This document shows positions 20,281 to 32,406 of a DNA stretch of 64,000 nucleotides, piece by piece. The DNA comes from an uncultured Actinomycetes bacterium (lineage in GTDB: Bacteria; Actinomycetota; Thermoleophilia; Gaiellales; JALYLC01): positions 324,720-388,719 of the forward strand of contig CAVPLI010000001.1 in assembly GCA_963705965.1 (NCBI GenBank), in the 5' to 3' direction. Each line of letters opens with the position of its first letter. The stretch's first letter is position 1. Under the pieces are notes generated by a model. The model was not told the DNA's origin. It was given only the letters and a program-made list of their open reading frames with translations, and ran no database searches. Both the position numbers and the translations under genes were made by a program.

Positions 20281-21348
20281 GTGCGGATCCTCGTCGTCAC
20301 CAATGCGTACCCGTCGCCGGAGCGGCCGTCGTACGGCATCTACGTCCGCCGGCTCGTGACCGCCCTCGAGCGCGCCGGGCACGAGGTCGCCCTCGCGTCC
20401 GCGAGCGAGCAGGGCGGGGGATGGCGGACGCTGCTCAAGTACGCGCGCCTCGACCGGCGCGCCCGCGCCGCCGCGCGCAGCGGGCGGCCCGATGTCGTGT
20501 GGGGCCACTACCTCGTTCCCACCGGGACGATCGCGCGCCGTGCGGCGCGGGCGGCGGGCGTGCCGTACGCGCTGACCGCGCACGGCACGGACGTCGCGAA
20601 TGCCGAGCGCTCGCCGCGCATCCGCTCCGCCACCGCGAAGGCGGTCGCCGGCGCCTGCGCGGTGTTCGCGGTGTCCGAGGATCTGGGTGCCCGCCTGGAG
20701 GCGGTCGCCGGACCGCTCGGCGACCGCGTGCACATCGTCAGCGCGGGCGTGGACACGGACGCGTTCAGCGACGGCGACGCCGCGGTCGCCGCGAGTGCGC
20801 TCGGCTGGGACAGCGACGGGCCGCGCGTCGTGTCGGTCGCGAACTACATCGAGCGCAAGAACCTCCCGCGCCTGATCGAGGCGTTCGCGCAGGCGCGGGC
20901 GGCGTGGGGCGGCGGCTCGCTCGCTCTCGTCGGCGACGGGCCGCAGCAGGCCGAGCTGGAGGCGCGTGCGGGCGAGCTCGGCATTGCGGAGAGCGTGCGC
21001 TTCGTCCTGCACGCACCACCGGCGGAGGTGCCGCGCTGGCTGCGCGCCTGCGACGTCGCCTGCCTCGTCTCGACGGTCGAGGGTTTCGGCCTGGCTCCGA
21101 TCGAGGCGCTCGCCTGCGGCCGCCCCGTCGTCGTCTCCCGCGAGGTGCCCTCGGGCGTCGCCGTGACCGAAGGCCGCACGGGCGCCGTCTGCGACGCCCG
21201 CGACGTCGCCGGCATGGCGTCTGCGCTGCAGCGCGCCTCGGCGCTCACGCCGGGCGAGGAGGCGCGCGCTGCGGCGGCGCCCTATGCGGTCGCGCGCGAG
21301 GCGGAGCGCGCGGTCGACGTGCTCGCGGCGTGCATCAAGCGCTCTTAA
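20281..21348 (+). CDS. GT4-family (GT-B fold) glycosyltransferase
   Basis: Intact 355-aa frame with MRILVVTNAYP and a C-terminal EGFGLAPIEALACGRPVV (E-x7-E type) motif. Confidence 0.8.
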   Translation: MRILVVTNAYPSPERPSYGIYVRRLVTALERAGHEVALASASEQGGGWRTLLKYARLDRRARAAARSGRPDVVWGHYLVPTGTIARRAARAAGVPYALTAHGTDVANAERSPRIRSATAKAVAGACAVFAVSEDLGARLEAVAGPLGDRVHIVSAGVDTDAFSDGDAAVAASALGWDSDGPRVVSVANYIERKNLPRLIEAFAQARAAWGGGSLALVGDGPQQAELEARAGELGIAESVRFVLHAPPAEVPRWLRACDVACLVSTVEGFGLAPIEALACGRPVVVSREVPSGVAVTEGRTGAVCDARDVAGMASALQRASALTPGEEARAAAAPYAVAREAERAVDVLAACIKRS

Positions 21349-21444
21349 CCACGCATGAGGTTCTCTTGACCCGGAGCTGAGCAGCTCTTGGCCTACCGGT
21401 CGCAATCCTGGAAACGGAGGCAAATCCCGGACCCAGGAGAGATC

Positions 21445-22057
21445 ATGAAGACGCTACGCACGGTAGTGATCGTGTTCGTGCTCGCGGCATTCGCCGTGGG
21501 CGGGACCGCGTTGGCGAAGAGCGTCGCCGGCACTGCGCCGACGTCGCAATCGATCGCGGACGACCACGGCAGCGGGCACGGCGGTGACGACGACTCCGGC
21601 CACCATGGCGGCGACGACGGCGATCACAGCGGTCATCACGGCGATGACGACGGCGACGATCGCGGTCACCCGGCGACGATGACGATCGCGGACCACGACC
21701 GGCACCACGACGAGCACGACCACGACTGGCGCGACGACGACGGCGAGCCAGCGGCGAAGCGCCGGCGCGAAAGCGGGCAAGCGGTTGATCGGCACGGTCG
21801 GCCCCGGCTTCTCGATTGCGCTCAGGACGCCGGCCGGCGCTGCGGTGAAGACGCTGCGCGCCGGCGCCTACACCGTGGTCGTCCGCGACCGCTCGCCCGA
21901 GCACAACTTCCACCTGCGCGGGCGCGGCGTCGACAAGTCCACCACCGTGGGCGCGTCTGCGACGAAGACCTGGACCGTCAAGCTCGCCCCCGGCACGTAC
22001 ACCTACGTGTGCGACCCGCATGCGTCGAGCATGCGCGGCAGCCTGAAGGTCGTCTGA
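21445..22057 (+). CDS. Secreted protein: signal peptide, His/Asp-rich tract, Thr-rich linker, C-terminal cupredoxin (type-1 copper-like) domain; one frame change
   Basis: The signal peptide is MKTLRTVVIVFVLAAFAVGGTALA, followed by DDHGSGHGGDDDSGHHGGDDGDHSGHHGDDDGDD. The frame changes near 21685-21700 into TTTGTTTSTTTTGATTTAS and then GTVGPGFSIAL. The candidate Cu ligands are HNFH and YVCDPHASSM. Confidence 0.65.
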
Positions 22058-22076
22058 GCTCGGCGATCCGCGCATT

Positions 22077-22112
22077 CCGGGGTCGGGCACGCCGCGTGCG
22101 TGCCCGGCCCGG
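22077..22112. terminator. GC-rich hairpin between convergent genes
   Basis: CCGGGGTCGGGCACGC-(CGCGT)-GCGTGCCCGGCCCGG forms about 15 bp with one bulge. There is no T-tract. Confidence 0.45.
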
Positions 22113-22118
22113 TGCGGC

Positions 22119-22346
22119 TCAGGAGTCGGCCGCGCCGCCCGGCTGCTCGAGCGCCCGCACGTCCGCGAGCCGCTTCTCCAGGAGCCCGCGCAGGACGCCG
22201 TCTGCGAGCCCTGCGGCCTCGGCTTCGGCGAGCGCCTTCTCGTAGGTCTCGCGCGCCTTGCGGGCCTGGACAGGGCCGCCTTGCTTGAGACGGTTGTCGC
22301 CGGTCAGGATCAATGAGCGCACGCGGGCGCGGGCCTCGTCGGTCAC
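22119..22346 (-). CDS. Small helical hypothetical protein
   Basis: High third-position GC. The sequence is VTDEARARVRSLILTGDNRLKQGGPVQARKARETYEKALAEAEAAGL... The GTG start is a guess, and the upstream part of the 308-aa track ORF looks like non-coding read-through. Confidence 0.35.
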   Translation of the reverse strand: MTDEARARVRSLILTGDNRLKQGGPVQARKARETYEKALAEAEAAGLADGVLRGLLEKRLADVRALEQPGGAADS

Positions 22347-22367
22347 ATCAGCTAGCGTAGCCCTGCA

Positions 22368-22955
22368 ATGCCGAGCAGCAAGCGACGTCGTACCCCGCCG
22401 GCGGCGCCTGCCCCGGCTCCCGCCGCGCCGGTGCCGGCCGTCGTGCCGATGCCCTCGCTGCGCGAGACGTTCGCGCTCCGCCACTTCGTCGCCGCGGCCC
22501 TCCTGCTGATCGCGTCGGTGCCCGCGGTGCTCACGATCGGGTGGGGCGGCGCTGCCGACAACACCGGCGCCGCCGTGGTCGCGTTGCTCCTGCTGAACGC
22601 CTCGGCGTGGATCTTCGACCAGGAGCAGTGGGTCGCCGAGCCGCGGCGCCAGATGCTGCTGACGCTCGGCTTCGGAGTGCTCGCCGTCGCGACCGCGCCG
22701 GCCGTGCCGTACGGGCTCATCGTCCCCGTGCTGCTCGTCGCGATCCTCGAGTTCAAGCGCGGCTGGGGCGCGGCCTCGGCGCTCATGCTCGGGGCGGGCG
22801 TCGCCTACGCGGCCTTCGGAGTCGACCCGGTCGGGAGCTACCCGTTCATGATCGGAATGGCGTGGCCCGCGATCGGCGCCAACGTCATGCGCCGCATCGC
22901 GCTGGCCGGTACGGGGCACGGTCCGATGACGGTTCTGGGACGCCGGCGCTGGTAG
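22368..22955 (+). CDS. Hypothetical integral membrane protein (Pro/Ala-rich N-terminus, about 4-5 TM segments)
   Basis: Intact 195-aa frame with hydrophobic segments such as FVAAALLLIASVPAVLTIGW and LLTLGFGVLAVATAPAVPYGLIVPVLLVAIL. Confidence 0.5.
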   Translation: MPSSKRRRTPPAAPAPAPAAPVPAVVPMPSLRETFALRHFVAAALLLIASVPAVLTIGWGGAADNTGAAVVALLLLNASAWIFDQEQWVAEPRRQMLLTLGFGVLAVATAPAVPYGLIVPVLLVAILEFKRGWGAASALMLGAGVAYAAFGVDPVGSYPFMIGMAWPAIGANVMRRIALAGTGHGPMTVLGRRRW

Positions 22956-22964
22956 AGTCAAGGC

Positions 22965-23198
22965 GTGAGCGAGATCATCCGCATCGCTGCGATCGCCCTG
23001 CACATGCTGCTGGCGTTCAGCGTGATCATCCTGGTGCTGGCGCACTCCGGCAAGGACGCCGGCCTCTCCGGCGCCTTCGGGGTCGGCTCGTCGGGCTTCG
23101 GATCGACGCAGATCATGGAGCGCAACCTGACGCGCTTCACGGTCATCGCCTCGGTCGGACTGGCCTGCACGACGATCCTGCTCGGCTTCATCCTCTAG
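22965..23198 (+). CDS. secG: Preprotein translocase subunit SecG
   Basis: 77 aa with two TM helices flanking SGKDAGLSGAFGVGSSGFGSTQ, which is typical of SecG. Confidence 0.8.
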   Translation: MSEIIRIAAIALHMLLAFSVIILVLAHSGKDAGLSGAFGVGSSGFGSTQIMERNLTRFTVIASVGLACTTILLGFIL

Positions 23199-23222
23199 GC
23201 GCCGAGCGCGCCGCCCCGGCGG

Positions 23223-24225
23223 CTACTTCTTGCCGCCGGAGACGAACGGCATCATGCCGCGCAGCTCCTTGCCGACCGCCTCGATCTGGCTGCCCTTGGC
23301 CTTCTCGCGCAGCTCCTTCATGCGCGGGCCGCCGGCCTTGATGTCGCCGATGAACTCCTCGGCGAAGGCGCCCGAGCGGATCTCCTCGAGGATCTTGCCC
23401 ATCTCCTCGCGCACGTGGGCGTCGACGATGCGCGGCCCGCGCGTGAGGTCGCCGTACTCGGCCGTGTCGGAGATCGAGTAGCGCATGCCCTCGAGACCGC
23501 CCTCGTACATGAGGTCGACGATCAGCTTGAGCTCGTGGAGGCACTCGAAGTAGGCGATCTCGGGCTGGTAGCCCGCCTTGACGAGCGTCTCGAAGCCGGC
23601 CTGGACGAGCGCGGTGGTGCCGCCGCAGAGCACGGTCTGCTCGCCGAAGAGGTCGGTGATCGTCTCTTCCTCGAACGTCGTCTCGAGCACGCCGGCGCGA
23701 CCGCCGCCGATGCCGGAGGCCCAGGCCAGCGCCGTGCCGCGGGCGTGGCCGGAGGAGTCCTGGTCGACCGCGATCAGGCACGGCACGCCGGCGCCCTGCG
23801 TGTAGAGCCGGCGGACGAGATGCCCGGGGCCCTTCGGCGCGACCATGATGACGTCGATGTCGTCCGCGGGGCTTGATCGCCTTGAAGTGGATGCTGAAGC
23901 CGTGCGCGAAGAGCACCGTGGAGCCCGGCTTGAGCGCGGGGCCGATGGTCGACTCCCACAGCTCGAACGCGATGTGGTCGGGCACGAGGATGCCGATGAT
24001 GTCCGCGTCCGCGACGGCGTCGGCGACCGACTTCGGCGCCCAGCCGTCGTCCTCCGCGCGCTTCCAGCCCTCGGAGTTCGGCCGGATGCCGACGGTGACG
24101 TCGAAGCCGGAGTCCTTGAGATTGAGCGCGTGCGCGTGGCCCTGGGAGCCGTAGCCGACGACCGCGATCTTCTTGCCATCGAGCAGCGAGCGATCGGCGT
24201 CAGCGTCGTAGTAGACCTTCGTCAT
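23223..24225 (-). CDS. ilvC: Ketol-acid reductoisomerase (one frame change)
   Basis: [22 protein letters not shown] and [10 protein letters not shown] are followed by a frame change at the G4 run 23867-23870. [25 protein letters not shown] and [14 protein letters not shown] then follow. Confidence 0.9.
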
Positions 24226-24266
24226 CGGATTCCTCGTGCGGATTCGGCGGGAGTGGGCGTCCTAGC

Positions 24267-24299
24267 CCGCACGATTGGGGTCTGGCCCCAAACGTGCGG
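24267..24299. other. Intercistronic hairpin between ilvN and ilvC sharing its core with the hairpin at 2881-2908
   Basis: CCGCACGATTGGGG-TCTGG-CCCCAAACGTGCGG forms a 14-bp stem with one mismatch. Confidence 0.45.
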
Positions 24300-24320
24300 T
24301 TCGAGCGTAGCCGCATGCGC

Positions 24321-24860
24321 TCAGGCGATGACGCGCATGCGGGCGGCGTCGCGGTCGCGCCGCTCGCCGAGGGCACGGCGCATCGCGATGCGGCCCGTGC
24401 GGATGGTCTCCTTGATGCCGTACGGCCGCAGCAGCTCCTCGAACGAGGCGAGCTTGTCGGGATGCTCGACGATCTCGAACATCAGCGCCTGCGCGCCGAC
24501 GTCGGAGACGCGGGCGCCGTAGACCTCGGCGAGGTGGATCAGCTCGCCGCGCTTGTCGGGGCTCGCGGTCACCTTGACGAGCATCAGCTCGCGCTCGATC
24601 GCGTCCGCGGTGGTCATCTGGTTGACCTTGAGCACGTTGACGAGCTTGTAGAGCTGCTTGACGACCTGGTCGATGGAGACGTCGGAGCAGTCGACGCGGA
24701 TCGTGATGCACGAGCGGTCGGGACGCTCGGTCGGCCCGACGGCCAGCGACTCGATGTTGAACGCGCGGCGCGCGAACAGGCTCGAGACCCGCGTGAGCAC
24801 GCCGGGCGTGTTCTCGACCAGCACCGAGAGCGTGTGGTGGGTGTTGTCGGAGCGCGCCAT
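24321..24860 (-). CDS. ilvN: Acetolactate synthase small (regulatory) subunit
   Basis: Intact frame from [41 protein letters not shown] (ACT domain). The ATG overlaps the ilvB stop (ATGA). Confidence 0.9.
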   Translation of the reverse strand: MARSDNTHHTLSVLVENTPGVLTRVSSLFARRAFNIESLAVGPTERPDRSCITIRVDCSDVSIDQVVKQLYKLVNVLKVNQMTTADAIERELMLVKVTASPDKRGELIHLAEVYGARVSDVGAQALMFEIVEHPDKLASFEELLRPYGIKETIRTGRIAMRRALGERRDRDAARMRVIA

Positions 24861-26662
24861 CAGACCCCCTCCTCCACCCACGAGTTGTCGTCCTCGATCC
24901 AGGCGGCGTCCATCATGTCCGACGACGCGGCGCCCGCGGGCACCATCGGGTAGACCTTCTCCTCGTGGTCGACGCGGAAGTCGATCACGGCGGGTCGTCC
25001 GCTCTCGAGCGCGGCGAGGATCGCGACGTCGACCTCGGCCTCGTTCTCGGCCCGGAAGCCGACGGCGCCGAAGGCCTCGGCGAGCTTCACGTAGTCGGGG
25101 ATCTCGGCGTTCAGGTGCGTCTGCGAGAAGCGCTCGTCGTGGAACAGCTCCTGCCACTGGCGCACCATGCCGAGCCAGCCGTTGTTCATGACGGCGACGA
25201 TCACCGGGATGTCGTAGACGACCGCCGTCGCGAGCTCCTGCAGCGTCATCTGGAAGCAGCCGTCGCCGTCGATGCAGACGACGGTCGCCTCGGGCCGGCC
25301 GACCTTGGCGCCGAGCGCCGCCGGGAAGCCGAAGCCCATCGTGCCGAGGCCGCCGGAGGTGATGAAGCGGCGGCTGCCGTCGATGTGCAGCCACTGCGCG
25401 GCCCACATCTGGTGCTGGCCGACGCCGGTCGTCCAGATCGTGTCGCGCCCGGCGAGCAGGTCGCGCAGCCGCTCGATCACGTACTCGGGCTTGAGCGCGC
25501 CGGCGCGGCGGTAGCGGTACGGGTACTTGAACTTCCACTCCTCGACCTGCTCGAGCCAGGCGCGGTGGTTCATGATCGAGTCGGACTCGCGCAGCTTCGC
25601 GATCGCCTTCGTGAGCTGGGGCAGCACCTCGCGCAGCTCGCCCACGATCGGCACGTCGGCGTGGCGGTTCTTCGAGATCTCCGCCGGGTCGATGTCCATG
25701 TGGATGACCTTCGCGCCGGGCGCGAACGCGTCCAGCTTGCCGGTCACGCGATCGTCGAAGCGCGCGCCCACGGTGATCAGCAGGTCGGAGCGGTGGAGCG
25801 CCCAGTTCGCGAACTTGGAGCCGTGCATGCCCGGCATCTGCAGCGAGAGCGTGTGCGAGTCGGGGAACGCGCCCTTCGCCAGCAGCGTCGTGACGACCGG
25901 GATCTGCGTCTCCTCGGCGAGCGCCTGCAGCTCGGCCTCGGCGCCGGCGTTGATGACGCCGCCGCCGACGTAGAGCACCGGCTTCTTGGCGCGCGCGATC
26001 GCGAGCGCCGCCTCCTGGATCTGCAGCGGGTGCCCCTTGCCCGTGGGCCGGTAGCCGGGCAGGTCGATCTGCTTGGGCCAGCGGAACGTGAACTCCGTGT
26101 TGGCGATGTCCTTCGGGATGTCGATCAGCACCGGCCCCGGGCGCCCGGTGGAGGCGAGGTGGAAGGCCTCCATGAACACGCGCGGGATGTCCTCGACCTT
26201 CGTGACGAGGTAGGAGTGCTTGACGATCGGCATGAAGATGCCGGTCGTGTCGGCCTCCTGGAACGCGTCCGTGCCGATCAGGTGCGACGGGACCTGGCCC
26301 GTGACGACCACCATCGGCGTCGAGTCGAGGAACGCGTCGGCGACCGGCGTCACGAGGTTCGTCGCGCCCGGCCCGGACGTCGCCATGGCGACGCCGACCT
26401 TGCCGGTCGCGCGGGCATAGCCCTGCGCCATGTGGCCGGCGCCCTGCTCGTGGCGCACCAGCACGTGCTTGATCGCGGTCTTCGTCGAGGCGAGCGCGTC
26501 GTAGATCGGAAGGATCGCCCCGCCGGGAATCCCGAAGCAGACCTCGACGCCGCACGTCTCGAGCGAGCGGATAACGGCCTCCGCGCCGGTGAGGCGTTGG
26601 CCTTCGTAGGGATTGGGCGGGGGTGCCTCGGCGGAGGCAGCGCGCTTCTCTGCGGTGGACAT
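24860..26662 (-). CDS. ilvB: Acetolactate synthase large (catalytic) subunit
   Basis: Intact 600-aa frame with the ThDP motif [16 protein letters not shown]...DGDGCFQM...NNG. Confidence 0.9.
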   Translation of the reverse strand: MSTAEKRAASAEAPPPNPYEGQRLTGAEAVIRSLETCGVEVCFGIPGGAILPIYDALASTKTAIKHVLVRHEQGAGHMAQGYARATGKVGVAMATSGPGATNLVTPVADAFLDSTPMVVVTGQVPSHLIGTDAFQEADTTGIFMPIVKHSYLVTKVEDIPRVFMEAFHLASTGRPGPVLIDIPKDIANTEFTFRWPKQIDLPGYRPTGKGHPLQIQEAALAIARAKKPVLYVGGGVINAGAEAELQALAEETQIPVVTTLLAKGAFPDSHTLSLQMPGMHGSKFANWALHRSDLLITVGARFDDRVTGKLDAFAPGAKVIHMDIDPAEISKNRHADVPIVGELREVLPQLTKAIAKLRESDSIMNHRAWLEQVEEWKFKYPYRYRRAGALKPEYVIERLRDLLAGRDTIWTTGVGQHQMWAAQWLHIDGSRRFITSGGLGTMGFGFPAALGAKVGRPEATVVCIDGDGCFQMTLQELATAVVYDIPVIVAVMNNGWLGMVRQWQELFHDERFSQTHLNAEIPDYVKLAEAFGAVGFRAENEAEVDVAILAALESGRPAVIDFRVDHEEKVYPMVPAGAASSDMMDAAWIEDDNSWVEEGV

Positions 26663-26679
26663 CGTTCTCTCCCGGTCGG

Positions 26680-27729
26680 TCAGCTGGCGGTGGGCGTGGA
26701 AATGGTGAGTGATTCGGAGATCTCTTCGGCGACCTCGTCGGTGGTCGCCGTGCCGCCCAGGTCGGGCGTGCGCGCGCCGTCGTCGAGCACGCCGGTGACG
26801 GCGCCCTCGATCGCGCGCGCGGCCGCGGGCTGCCCGAGCTCGTCGAGCAGCAGCGCGATCGAGAGGATCGCGCCCGCGGGATTGGCCTTGCCCTGGCCGG
26901 CGATGTCGGGCGCCGTGCCGTGGATCGGCTCGAAGATGCCGGGCCCGCCGTCGGCCAGCGACGCCGAGGGCGCGAGGCCGATGCCGCCGCTCACGGAGGC
27001 GGCGAGGTCGGAGAGCACGTCACCGAACAGGTTCTCGGTGACGATCACGTCGTAGTCGGCGGGCCGCTCGACGAGCAGCATCGCCATCGAGTCGACCAGC
27101 TGGTGCTCGAGCGTCACGTCCGGGTGACGCTCGGCGACCTCGCCGGCCACGCGCCGCCAGAGCTTGGAGGTCGCGAGGACGTTGGCCTTGTCGACGCTCG
27201 TGAGGCGGCCGCTGCGGCGCTCGGCGAGGGTGCAGGCGCGCTCGACGATGCGGCGGATCTCGGCCGAGGTGTAGTTGCAGGTGTCGTAGGCCGCGTCGTC
27301 GCCGAGGCCGCGGTCGCCGAAGTAGATGCCGCCGATCAGCTCGCGCACGATCACGAGGTCGAGCTCGGCCACGAGCTCCTCGCGCAGCGGGCTCGACGTG
27401 TGCTTCGTGTAGCGCCGCGCCGGGCGGATGTTGGCGTAGCAGCCGAGCACCGAGCGCAGCGCGAGCAGACCCTGCTCGGGGCGGATCGCGGCGCTGTTCC
27501 AGCGGGGCCCGCCGACCGCGCCCAGCAGCACGGCGTCCGCGCCCAGGCACGCCTCGCGCGTGGCGTCCGGGAACGGGTGGCCCAGCTCGTCGATCGCGGC
27601 GCCGCCGAACGGGCGCTCGTCGAGCTCGACGGCGAACCCGAAGCGCGCCGAGGCCGCCGCGAGTACACGCAGTGCCGCTGTCGTGACCTCCGGACCGATG
27701 CCGTCACCGGGGAGGACGCAGATCCTCAT
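26680..27729 (-). CDS. leuB: 3-isopropylmalate dehydrogenase
   Basis: Intact 349-aa frame with [26 protein letters not shown] and [16 protein letters not shown] lies upstream of the ATG. It is the first gene of a leuB-ilvB-ilvN-ilvC string. Confidence 0.9.
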   Translation of the reverse strand: MRICVLPGDGIGPEVTTAALRVLAAASARFGFAVELDERPFGGAAIDELGHPFPDATREACLGADAVLLGAVGGPRWNSAAIRPEQGLLALRSVLGCYANIRPARRYTKHTSSPLREELVAELDLVIVRELIGGIYFGDRGLGDDAAYDTCNYTSAEIRRIVERACTLAERRSGRLTSVDKANVLATSKLWRRVAGEVAERHPDVTLEHQLVDSMAMLLVERPADYDVIVTENLFGDVLSDLAASVSGGIGLAPSASLADGGPGIFEPIHGTAPDIAGQGKANPAGAILSIALLLDELGQPAAARAIEGAVTGVLDDGARTPDLGGTATTDEVAEEISESLTISTPTAS

Positions 27730-27909
27730 ACCCGTCCTTCCGGCCCGATGTGGTTAGAGCGCCAAGCCCACGACCCCACGGCTGCCGGGAGAACCCTGGC
27801 AGCCGATAATCCTTTGGGTCGCGGGGAGCGCGTACATGGGGCCAAGCATAGCGAGGTCGCGCGCACCTGCGCTGCGGTACGCGCGCACGCTCGCTATGAT
27901 CGGGCGGCG

Positions 27910-27963
27910 ATGACCTGTGAGACCCTGCGCACCCTGCTTGCCGGCCTCCTCCTCCCCTGCTAG
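27910..27963 (+). promoter_or_regulatory. Candidate Leu-rich leader peptide uORF (attenuator-type) upstream of leuA
   Basis: The peptide is MTCETLRTLLAGLLLPC*, 6 Leu in 17 codons including an LLL run. A TATGAT -10-like hexamer at 27895-27900 lies 9 nt upstream of the ATG. Hairpins at 27952-27968 and 27995-28019 follow or overlap the stop codon. Confidence 0.45.
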
Positions 27964-28056
27964 GGGAGCAATCGTGGACATAGTCATCCGTTGCCGTCCG
28001 TGGCCCAGCGCCACGGGCGTCGCCCTGTCCACTCTGCGATTTCCGGAGGCCGCTAG

Positions 28057-29721
<1,665 letters not shown>

Positions 29722-30905
29722 GTGAGCGCTCACGAGCTCGCGCTGCTGCTGGCGGTCGCCGGCGGGGCGGCCGTCGCGGCACTCGCGCTCGAGCCGCTCG
29801 CGCGCCGTCTCGGGATCCCGACGCCGCTCGCGTTCCTGCTCGGCGGGCTCGCGCTCGGGCAGCTGTGGGACGAGTCGCACGCCGTCGCCGGGCCGGACAT
29901 GATCGCGATCTTCGGCACCGTCGCGCTCGTGATCGTGCTGCTGCAGGGCGGCTTCAACTGCGGTCTCGAGGCCGTGCGCCGGCAGATCGCGCCGGTGCTC
30001 GCGCTCGGGCATCGCCGGCACCGCCGCGACGTTCGGTCTCGTGGCGGTCGCCGCCCACCAGTTCGCGGGGCTCGACTGGACGCAGTCGCTCCTGCTCGGC
30101 GCCGTGCTCTCGCCGACCGACCCGGCCGCGGTCTTCGCCGCCGTCTCGCGCGCTGGCGCGGGCGGTGCGCGCATCGTGCGGCTGCTCGAGGCCGAGGCGG
30201 GCTTCAACGACCCGGTGGCGATCGCGCTCACGCTCGCGCTCGTGAGCGCCGCGGGCAGCGGCGACATCGCTGCGGCGTCGGTCGCGTGGACGACGGGGCG
30301 CGAGCTCGTGGTCGGCTCCGCCGTCGGCCTGCTCGCCGGCCTGCTCGCGGCGCGGCTGCTGGGGCCGCGGCGGCCGACGGTCGCGATGGCGCCGCCGCTC
30401 GCGGTGCTCGCGGGCGCGTTCGCGACGTTCGGGATCGGCGCGCTCGCCCACGGCAGCGGCTTCGTCGCGGTGTACCTCTTCGGGCTGGTGCTGGGCGACG
30501 CCGCCGACCTCCCGCAGGTCGATGCGGTGCGCGCGTTCGGCGAGCAGCTCGCCTCGCTGGCCGAGATCGCGATGTTCGTGCTGCTCGGCGTCGCGCTCGC
30601 CCGGGTGCCGTTGCGGGGCGAGCTGCTCGACGCCGCGCTGCTGACGCTCGTACTCGTGTTCGTCATCCGCCCGGCCGTCGTCTATCCGGTGCTGCTGGCA
30701 TTCCGGCGCACGCGCGCCGAGGCGCTCTTCGCGACGGCCGGCGGGCTCAAGGGCGCGGTGCCGATCCTGCTCGCGGCGCTCCCGCTGCAGGCGGGGCTCG
30801 ACGGCTCGACGCGCATCTTCGCGCTCGCCGGGCATCGTCGTGCTCGCCTCGCTCGCCCTCCAGGGACCCGCCGTCGCGCGGCTCGCGCCGCGGGTTGCGG
30901 CATGA
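29722..30905 (+). CDS. CPA1-family cation:proton (Na+/H+) antiporter, frame-disrupted
   Basis: Multi-TM protein with LLLGAVLSPTDPAAV and EAEAGFNDPVAIAL. Frame changes lie near 30010 and 30835. The stop TGA 30903-30905 overlaps the next ATG. Confidence 0.7.
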
Positions 30906-31699
30906 GCGAGCCCGAGCTGCTCGCGGCCTACGACGCGCAGTTGCGCGGCGAGGCTCCCGATCCCCTCCCGGCGGGCGTCGGAGTCGCGCGCGACGGGCCG
31001 CTCCTGCGGCTGACCGGCCTCGGCCGCGGGGGCTTCATCGAGTATCGCGACCTCGGCGGTCTCGACGGCCCTGCCCTCGACGCGCTCATCGCGCGCCAGG
31101 TGGACGTCTTCCGCGCGCTCGGTGAGCCGTTCGAGTGGAAGCTGCACGGCCACGACCTGCCGCGGGACCTGCCCGAGCGGCTGCGCGCGGCGGGCTTCGT
31201 CCCCGAGGAGATCGAGACGGTGATGATCGCGGAGGTCTCTGCGATCGCCGGCGAGCCCGTCCTGCCGGACGGAGTCGCCGTGCGCGAGGTCGCCGATCCC
31301 GGCGAGGTCCGGGGCTTCGGCGAGCGGCTCTGGGAGCTGTGGGGCGAGGGGCACAACGCGTGGCTCGCGGAGAGTCTCGCGGCCGAGCTGGAAGCCGGTC
31401 CCGAAGCGCTCACGATCCTGATCGCCGAAGCCGGCGCGACGGTGGTCTGCGCCGCCTGGGTCCGGTTCGCGTCCGGGACCGGGTTCGCGACGCTGTGGGG
31501 CGGCTCCACGCTTCCGGCGTGGCGCGGACGCGGCATCTACCGGGCGCTCGTCGCGCAGCGTGCGAATCTCGCCGCGGCGCGCGGGTTCCGCTATCTGCAG
31601 GTCGACGCCTCGGACGCCAGCCGGCCCATCCTCGAGCGTCTCGGCTTCGTCCCCGTGACGACGACGACGCCGTTCATCTGGATGCCGCCCGAGCCCTAG
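30902..31699 (+). CDS. GNAT-family N-acetyltransferase
   Basis: Intact frame. The C-terminal half has the acetyl-CoA-binding block TLPAWRGRGIYRALVAQRANLAAARGFRYLQVDAS. Confidence 0.7.
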   Translation: MSEPELLAAYDAQLRGEAPDPLPAGVGVARDGPLLRLTGLGRGGFIEYRDLGGLDGPALDALIARQVDVFRALGEPFEWKLHGHDLPRDLPERLRAAGFVPEEIETVMIAEVSAIAGEPVLPDGVAVREVADPGEVRGFGERLWELWGEGHNAWLAESLAAELEAGPEALTILIAEAGATVVCAAWVRFASGTGFATLWGGSTLPAWRGRGIYRALVAQRANLAAARGFRYLQVDASDASRPILERLGFVPVTTTTPFIWMPPEP

Positions 31700-32338
31700 G
31701 ACGTGCGCCGGGCGGGGTGGGCGAGCGTCGCCAGGACGCCGAGCCCGATGAGGATGCCGCCACTCGCCCAGCGCTCGACGCGCCGCGCCCGCTCGCTCGC
31801 CTTGAGCACGCCGGCGAGGCTTCCGGCGCCGAGCGCCCAGACGGCGTCGGAGAGCGTGGCGATGGCGATGAAGACGAGCCCGAGCACGGTCGCCTGGAGC
31901 GCGACGTGGCCGCGCTCGGGGTCGACGAACTGGGGGAGGAATGCGAGGAAGAAGAGCGCCGTCTTCGGGTTGAGCGCGCTGACGATCAGGCCCTGGCGGA
32001 AGATCGACGTGTGAGCGCGTCCGCCGGCCATCTCCGTGGCGGCGACGGCGTCGCGCTCGACGCAGCCGCCTGATGCCGAGCACGATCAGGTAGGCGCCGC
32101 CGGCGAGCTTGAGCACCGAGAACGCGGTGGCCGACGACGCGATCACGGCCGAGACGCCGAGGGCGGCGCCGGCGACGTGGACGAACGCGCCGATCTCGAC
32201 GCCGAAGACGGCCGCCAGGCCGCCGCGCCGTCCGTGGCCGACGCTCTGCGAGACGATGTAGAGCACGGCCGGCCCGGGCACGACGATCAGCGCGAACGCG
32301 GCGACGGCGAAGAGCTCGAGTGCGGACAGGCTCGGCAT
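31696..32338 (-). CDS. LysE/RhtB-family amino-acid exporter (one frame change)
   Basis: FALIVVPGPAVLYIVSQS is followed by a frame change near 32060, then FRQGLIVSALNPKTALFFLAFLPQFV. Confidence 0.7.
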
Positions 32339-32406
32339 GCGCGAAAGCCTAACGAGCGGCGGTGGCGAGGGATTCAGGATCCGCCCGCCATGCCGATGGG
32401 AGCGAC

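Noticed and set aside
21560-21760. A degenerate GAC/GGC/CAC/GAT repeat region, considered as non-coding simple-sequence DNA.
   Set aside because: It reads as a continuous His/Asp/Gly tract directly after a good signal peptide and before a Thr linker and cupredoxin domain. It is therefore treated as coding low-complexity sequence.
20186-22346. tRNA-Thr followed by a glycosyltransferase, a secreted copper protein and a small ORF, considered as a possible genomic island integrated at the tRNA.
   Set aside because: There is no integrase, recombinase or mobility gene. I found no direct repeat of the tRNA 3' end downstream, and there is no compositional shift visible by eye.
27754-27850. A 31-codon minus-strand uORF (MLGPMYALPATQRIIGCQGSPGSRGVVGLAL*) with an internal hairpin (27781-27805), considered as a possible Ile/Val/Leu leader peptide for leuB-ilvBNC.
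   Set aside because: Only 8 of 31 residues are branched-chain, with no consecutive regulatory codon run comparable to the leuA uORF. There is no obvious promoter or terminator arrangement. The hairpin may still be a 5'-UTR element, but I cannot support an attenuator call.
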